Assembly: GCA_035604995.1 (NCBI GenBank)
Contig: DATNHL010000287.1
Location: 1 to 63,495, forward strand
Reading direction: 5' to 3'
Source of the DNA: Terracidiphilus sp.
GTDB taxonomy: Bacteria; Acidobacteriota; Terriglobia; Terriglobales; Acidobacteriaceae
DNA: 63,495 nt
The translations under genes and the position numbers were made by a program. Shown here piece after piece: positions 59,299-63,495 of the stretch. The first letter of the stretch is position 1. Every line of letters begins with the position of its first letter. The notes under the pieces are model-generated. The model made no database searches. It was given only the letters and a program-made list of their open reading frames with translations, and was not told where the DNA came from.

Positions 59299-60567
59299 TT
59301 ACTCCAGCCGTATCCGGTCCACGCCATCCTCGCGCGACATATCGGAGAGAATCACCTGGTCGCTTTCCTTCAGCCCCTCGAGCACCTGGATGCTGTTCAC
59401 CGAGGCCCGTCCCACCTTTACCGGCACGCGCACCGCGCCCTTGCCGTCGGGATCGATCTTGAACAGGCTCAGCGTCGAGTTCTCGTTGCCCAGCGCCGGC
59501 CGCCCCACGTAGAGAACATCGTTCAGCTTCTCCAGATCGATGGTCCCGTCCACGCTCAACTGCGGAACCGCGCCCGGAGGAAGCGGCCCATCCAGTGCTA
59601 CGTCAACCGTGCGCGTTCCGTTCACTACGGAGGGATCAATTCTGGTAACGTGCCCCGGAATAATCCCGTTGTGCGTGTCAATCGAAGCCGGCTGGCCAAT
59701 CTGGATGTCACGCGCCTGCGTCTCGGCAATCTGCAGCGCCGCCTTCAGCTTGTCGCGCTGGATCACCTCGGCCACCGAGGTCCCCGTGCTCACGTGCTGG
59801 CCCACCTGGACCGGAGTCGCCAGCGGCGCCAGCACCCCGGATATTCCGGCCCGCACCTGCAGTGCCGCGGTCTGCTTCTGATAAAGGTCCAGCAGCGCCT
59901 TGGCCTGGTCAATCTTGGTCTGCGACGACGCCAGCTGCACCTCGATCGCCTTCTGGTTTACGTCCAGCTGTTCCTGGCTCAGTTTGTGCTGCGCCGTCAG
60001 CTGGTCGGCCTTGTTTCTCGACGCACTCGAAACTAGGCCGGAGACCACACCCAGCTTATAGAGAGCCTCGTCGGTCTGCGCCTGCAGCTGGTCCTGCGTA
60101 TAGTCGGAGTTCACCTGCGCGGCCGCGGCCTTCTTGTCCATCAGCGTGCTTTGGAGCGTGGCCTGCAGGCTCTTGTAGTCGGCCTGCGCCGCCTTCAGCG
60201 CCAGCTGTGCGTTCAGCAGCTCCTGCTCCAGTTGCGGATCGTTCAGGTCCATCAGCACCGTATCCGGAGTCACCTCCGTGCCCGGCAACACGCGGATCCG
60301 CACCACCGTCGCATCGGTCTGCGCCGGAATCAGCTCAATCGAGTCCTCGCGCGGTACAAGACTGCCCGTCGACCCCCTCACCTGGCGGATCATGTTTCCG
60401 CGCTTCACCGTATCCGGCCAGATAGTGGAGCGGTCCACAGTAGGCGCAGCCGGTTTGAGCCGGGAAACGGCAACTACGGCAACAATTAAAAGCACCGCGG
60501 CGACGCCAGCCCATATTGCGTACTGGCGCATCTTCTTTTTCTTCAAGTCTGGCCTGGCGATATCCAT
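59299..60567 (-). CDS. Efflux periplasmic adaptor (MacA/HlyD family)
   Basis: MDIARP start, single TM, long coiled coil, VRAGISGVL, VKVGR...VLEGL. Confidence 0.92.
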   Translation of the reverse strand: MDIARPDLKKKKMRQYAIWAGVAAVLLIVAVVAVSRLKPAAPTVDRSTIWPDTVKRGNMIRQVRGSTGSLVPREDSIELIPAQTDATVVRIRVLPGTEVTPDTVLMDLNDPQLEQELLNAQLALKAAQADYKSLQATLQSTLMDKKAAAAQVNSDYTQDQLQAQTDEALYKLGVVSGLVSSASRNKADQLTAQHKLSQEQLDVNQKAIEVQLASSQTKIDQAKALLDLYQKQTAALQVRAGISGVLAPLATPVQVGQHVSTGTSVAEVIQRDKLKAALQIAETQARDIQIGQPASIDTHNGIIPGHVTRIDPSVVNGTRTVDVALDGPLPPGAVPQLSVDGTIDLEKLNDVLYVGRPALGNENSTLSLFKIDPDGKGAVRVPVKVGRASVNSIQVLEGLKESDQVILSDMSREDGVDRIRLE

Positions 60568-60580
60568 CACGCCGGGTAGT

Positions 60581-60596
60581 AGCACTTGCCGTGCCA
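60581..60596 (-). promoter_or_regulatory. Sigma54 (-24/-12) promoter of the export operon
   Basis: TGGCAC-GGCAA-GTGCT with canonical GG/GC spacing. Confidence 0.8.
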
Positions 60597-60690
60597 AAGG
60601 AGTCCCAGGAATACCCGCTGAAAACAAAGCACTTCAGCCGGAATTCCCGCTCCGCCCCGCCGTTCGGACTGACCGTTTCCGCTCCGCCGG

Positions 60691-60706
60691 TGTCCGATAT
60701 CGGACA
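60691..60706. promoter_or_regulatory. Enhancer (UAS) palindrome TGT-N10-ACA
   Basis: Perfect 16-bp palindrome tgtccgatatcggaca about 120-135 bp upstream of predicted +1. Confidence 0.7.
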
Positions 60707-60721
60707 GTTGCAGCCAACGCC

Positions 60722-61957
60722 TCAGCCCCGCTCCACCGCCATCGCCACCGCGTTCCCCCCGCCCAGGCAGAGCGCCGCAATCCCCTTCGCCTTCCCGTAG
60801 CGCCCCATCGCGTAGAGCAGCGTAGTCAGCACCCGCGCCCCGCTCGCGCCGATCGGGTGCCCCAGAGCCACCGCTCCCCCATGCACATTGACCCTGGCCG
60901 CATCCAGCCCCAGGTCGCGGATCACCGCCAGCGCCTGCACGCTGAAGGCCTCGTTCAGCTCGAACAGCTCCACCGCATCGAGCCCCCAACCCGCCCGTGC
61001 CGCCACCTTGCGCACCGCCTTGATCGGCGCCAGGCCAAACCACTCCGGCGCCCCCCCGCTCGTTGCCTGCGCCCGAATCACCGCCATCGGCTTCAGCCCC
61101 AGTTGCCGCGCCCGCTCGGCGCTCATCACTACCAGCGCTGCCCCGCCGTCGCTCACGCCCGGCGCATTCCCGGCCGTCACCGTGCCGCCCTCCTGGAAAG
61201 CCGGCTTCAGCCGCGCCAGAACCTCCACCGTGGTCTCGGGCCGGATGGCCTCGTCCGCGCTGAAGATCGTCGCCGGCGCGCCCTTTTTCGCCGACGGAAT
61301 TTCAACCGGCACAATCTCCTCGCGGAAGAGCCCCTGCGCCGTAGCCGCCGCGGCACGCCGGTGCGACTCGGCCGCAAACGCGTCCTGCTCCTCCCGAGCG
61401 ATCCCGTATTTCGCCGCAATCAGCTCCGCGCCCACGCCCATGTGGAAGCCGTTGTACGCCTCCCAAAGCCCGTCGTAGATCATCGCGTCCACCAGCGCCC
61501 CGTTGCCCATCCGGTAGCCCGCGCGCGCCTGCGGCAAGAGATACGGCGCGTTGGTCATCGACTCCATCCCGCCCGCAACCACGATGTCCGCATTGCCCGT
61601 CTCTATCGCCTGCGCCGCCAGCGCCACAGCCTTCAGCCCCGACCCGCAAACCTGGTTCACCGTAAACGCGCTTGCCTCGGGCGACAGTCCCCCGTAGATT
61701 GCCGCCTGCCGCGCAGGATTCTGCCCAAGCCCGGCCTGCAGCACGCACCCCATGATGCATTCGTCAATCTCCTCGGGCTTGAGGGCAACTGACTCGCCGG
61801 AATGACGACCGGCCTTTTCAGAGCATGCGAGCCCCGCGCGCCGCACCGCCTCGCGCACTGCCAGCGCCCCCAGCCGCGGCGCAGCAAACGACTGCAGCGA
61901 CCCCTGGAACTTTCCCACCGCCGTTCGCGCCGCCGAAACAATCACAGCTTCTCTCAT
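60722..61957 (-). CDS. Acetyl-CoA C-acetyltransferase (thiolase)
   Basis: [31 protein letters not shown]. Confidence 0.95.
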   Translation of the reverse strand: MREAVIVSAARTAVGKFQGSLQSFAAPRLGALAVREAVRRAGLACSEKAGRHSGESVALKPEEIDECIMGCVLQAGLGQNPARQAAIYGGLSPEASAFTVNQVCGSGLKAVALAAQAIETGNADIVVAGGMESMTNAPYLLPQARAGYRMGNGALVDAMIYDGLWEAYNGFHMGVGAELIAAKYGIAREEQDAFAAESHRRAAAATAQGLFREEIVPVEIPSAKKGAPATIFSADEAIRPETTVEVLARLKPAFQEGGTVTAGNAPGVSDGGAALVVMSAERARQLGLKPMAVIRAQATSGGAPEWFGLAPIKAVRKVAARAGWGLDAVELFELNEAFSVQALAVIRDLGLDAARVNVHGGAVALGHPIGASGARVLTTLLYAMGRYGKAKGIAALCLGGGNAVAMAVERG

Positions 61958-62341
61958 GCTTCCAACTCCGCGAGCAGGTCTGCCCGCCCCGAGCATCTTA
62001 CCGCCCGCGCCGCACCCGCCGCCAGTACCACAAAACCAGCGAATCGTTGGTCAGTTTCCGGATCGGAGAAAATCCGCCCGGGCGGGAAGAATACCTCGAC
62101 AAGTCATCAGACCCGTTGTCGCCGGTTGCTCGGGGAACCATCCGGATTGTCGCGTTACCTGTGGTTCTGCATTAGTGCTCGTCGCCTGGTTTCTCGCGTT
62201 CAATTCTTTTTCCCGCATTTGCAGATCATTCCGCTCCAACCGCGCACAATGGGTCTTGTGAGGATGAGCCATGGAAATCATTGACGCCCCCGTTGACGCC
62301 GCTGTCATGCCTCTTGTTTCGCCGTCTATTCTCCCCACCCC

Positions 62342-62472
62342 GGTACCCCCCCATTTTCGTCCCAGCCCCATGAAAACAAGCAGGTTACGCAAAAAATGAC
62401 CTCCTTGCCCTATCGAAATAAAGGACTTACGTCTTTCCCGCTTTTTGGCCTTTTCGAAAACAAAGGACTTAC
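62342..62472. repeat. Dispersed element with 42-bp-phased 18-bp motif (copy B)
   Basis: Motifs at 62371, 62413, 62455; shares 47-bp block with 40190-40236. Confidence 0.85.
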
Positions 62473-62597
62473 GGGCGGCTCAACCCGCGAAATCGCCGAT
62501 TCCTGGCGCATTTGTGCCCCTCCGCCGGCGATTTGCCGGCCGGAACAGTATTGATCTTGATCCTCGCGATTCGCCGTCGCTCTAAGCGACGGCGGCG

Positions 62598-62855
62598 ATG
62601 ATGATGCAGGCGCTAGATGCGGTGGTTGAAGCGGACGAACTGGACGCTATCAAGGAGATCGCCAACATGATTGCGGGCACGATCAAGTCCTCGTTGCCGT
62701 GGCCCTACTCGATGACGGTGCCGGAGTCGGCGGTGGAGCGGGAGGGGCTTTGCGGCCCGGCGGCGGCAACGGAGGACGCGCTGGTGGTGGCCTAACGTCA
62801 CGCGGCCGGCGGGCTGTTGGTGCGGGTCTGGGAGCAGGAGTGCACGGAGGGATAA
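62598..62855 (+). pseudogene. cheX: CheX-like phosphatase remnant
   Basis: DAIKEIANMIAGTIKS (ExxN motif); 5' part missing; in-frame TAA at 62793-62795. Confidence 0.6.
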
Positions 62856-63153
62856 GCGGTTAGAGAGAAAAGGGGTCTCCGGGCCGGCGCGAGCCAACAG
62901 CGATAACCCAACACTTTGGCCGCCTGAAGCGCTCGCCGCAGGTGTATTTTTTGTATTTCCTTATTGATTCTTTATCGGATTCCTCTGTATGTTGGATCAT
63001 GGAACTTCCCTTGCACACATACCATCCTTGTAGACACCCCAAGAAAAAATAATCAATTGTGCTTTCATGGGCGCCCGCTCATTTGCACTTATTCGACCCT
63101 TTACCGGGCGCAAGACACGACAACTTGACCTGCATTCCTGGAGGAGAGACGCA

Positions 63154-63495
63154 ATGGCGCATCGATTGACTCGAAGTGTATTTACGCCCCTGCTATTGGC
63201 GGCGGCGGTGTTGTTTGGATTGCCGGGCACGGTGATTGGCCAGACGTTCCGCGGCGGGATCAGCGGCACGGTCACGGACCAGTCGGGGGCGGTGGTGCCG
63301 GGAGCCCAGGTTACGGCGGTGGAATCGGCCACCAATACGTCGTACAAAACGGTGAGCTCTAGTGCCGGAGAGTTCTCTTTTGCGAACATTCCGCTTGGAA
63401 GCTACACGGTTTCGGTGACGGCTTCCGGTTTCAAAAGCGAGAAGGTGGACAAAGTGCCGGTAACGGCGGGAGCGACCTATTCTCTCCCCATCAAG
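63154..63495 (+). CDS. TonB-dependent receptor / carboxypeptidase-regulatory-like domain protein (partial, runs off window)
   Basis: SD ggaggag; signal peptide, then QTFRGGISGTVTDQSGAVVPGAQV...GSYTVSVTASGF. Confidence 0.88.
   Translation, partial: MAHRLTRSVFTPLLLAAAVLFGLPGTVIGQTFRGGISGTVTDQSGAVVPGAQVTAVESATNTSYKTVSSSAGEFSFANIPLGSYTVSVTASGFKSEKVDKVPVTAGATYSLPIK

Noticed and set aside
62371-62472. Calling the 42-bp array a CRISPR
   Set aside because: Repeats are only 18 bp, degenerate and non-palindromic, with 2-3 copies and no cas genes in the window; kept as an unexplained repeat
1-63495. tRNA, rRNA, tmRNA, RNase P, SRP RNA, dif site, integrase/transposase
   Set aside because: No diagnostic motifs recognised by eye; tRNAscan/Infernal were not run, so weak cases could be missed

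Overview
High-GC chromosomal window, most likely from an Acidobacteriota (Terriglobia-like) genome; this is inferred from four ADOP-type duplicated ABC permeases, a TonB-dependent receptor start and the intergenic repeat families. Housekeeping genes include ftsK, glgP, class I fumarase, mqnC, a DnaC-like ATPase, rpmE, dusB and a thiolase. Signalling genes include REC-Hpt and NarL regulators, a HAMP-PAS kinase, a propeller-GGDEF cyclase, BlaI/M56 and ArsR-SRPBCC-DinB. A toxin-antitoxin islet at about 25-32 kb holds DUF4160/DUF2442, HigBA, VapBC fused to a second PIN-like domain, and a PD-(D/E)XK pseudogene. A 15-kb minus-strand export operon (MFP, 2 ATPases, 3 permeases, TolC, sigma54 regulator, kinase) has a readable sigma54 promoter/enhancer. 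No rRNA, tRNA, cas genes, integrase or transposase were recognised. The most notable signals are: an 18-bp motif in exactly 42-bp-phased arrays at two loci; an AT-rich codon patch inside mqnC; a probable ATT start codon; a palindromic repeat read in frame inside dusB; heptamer-built inverted-repeat elements; and a ~173-nt structured ncRNA candidate. All family calls come from motif recognition, not database searches.
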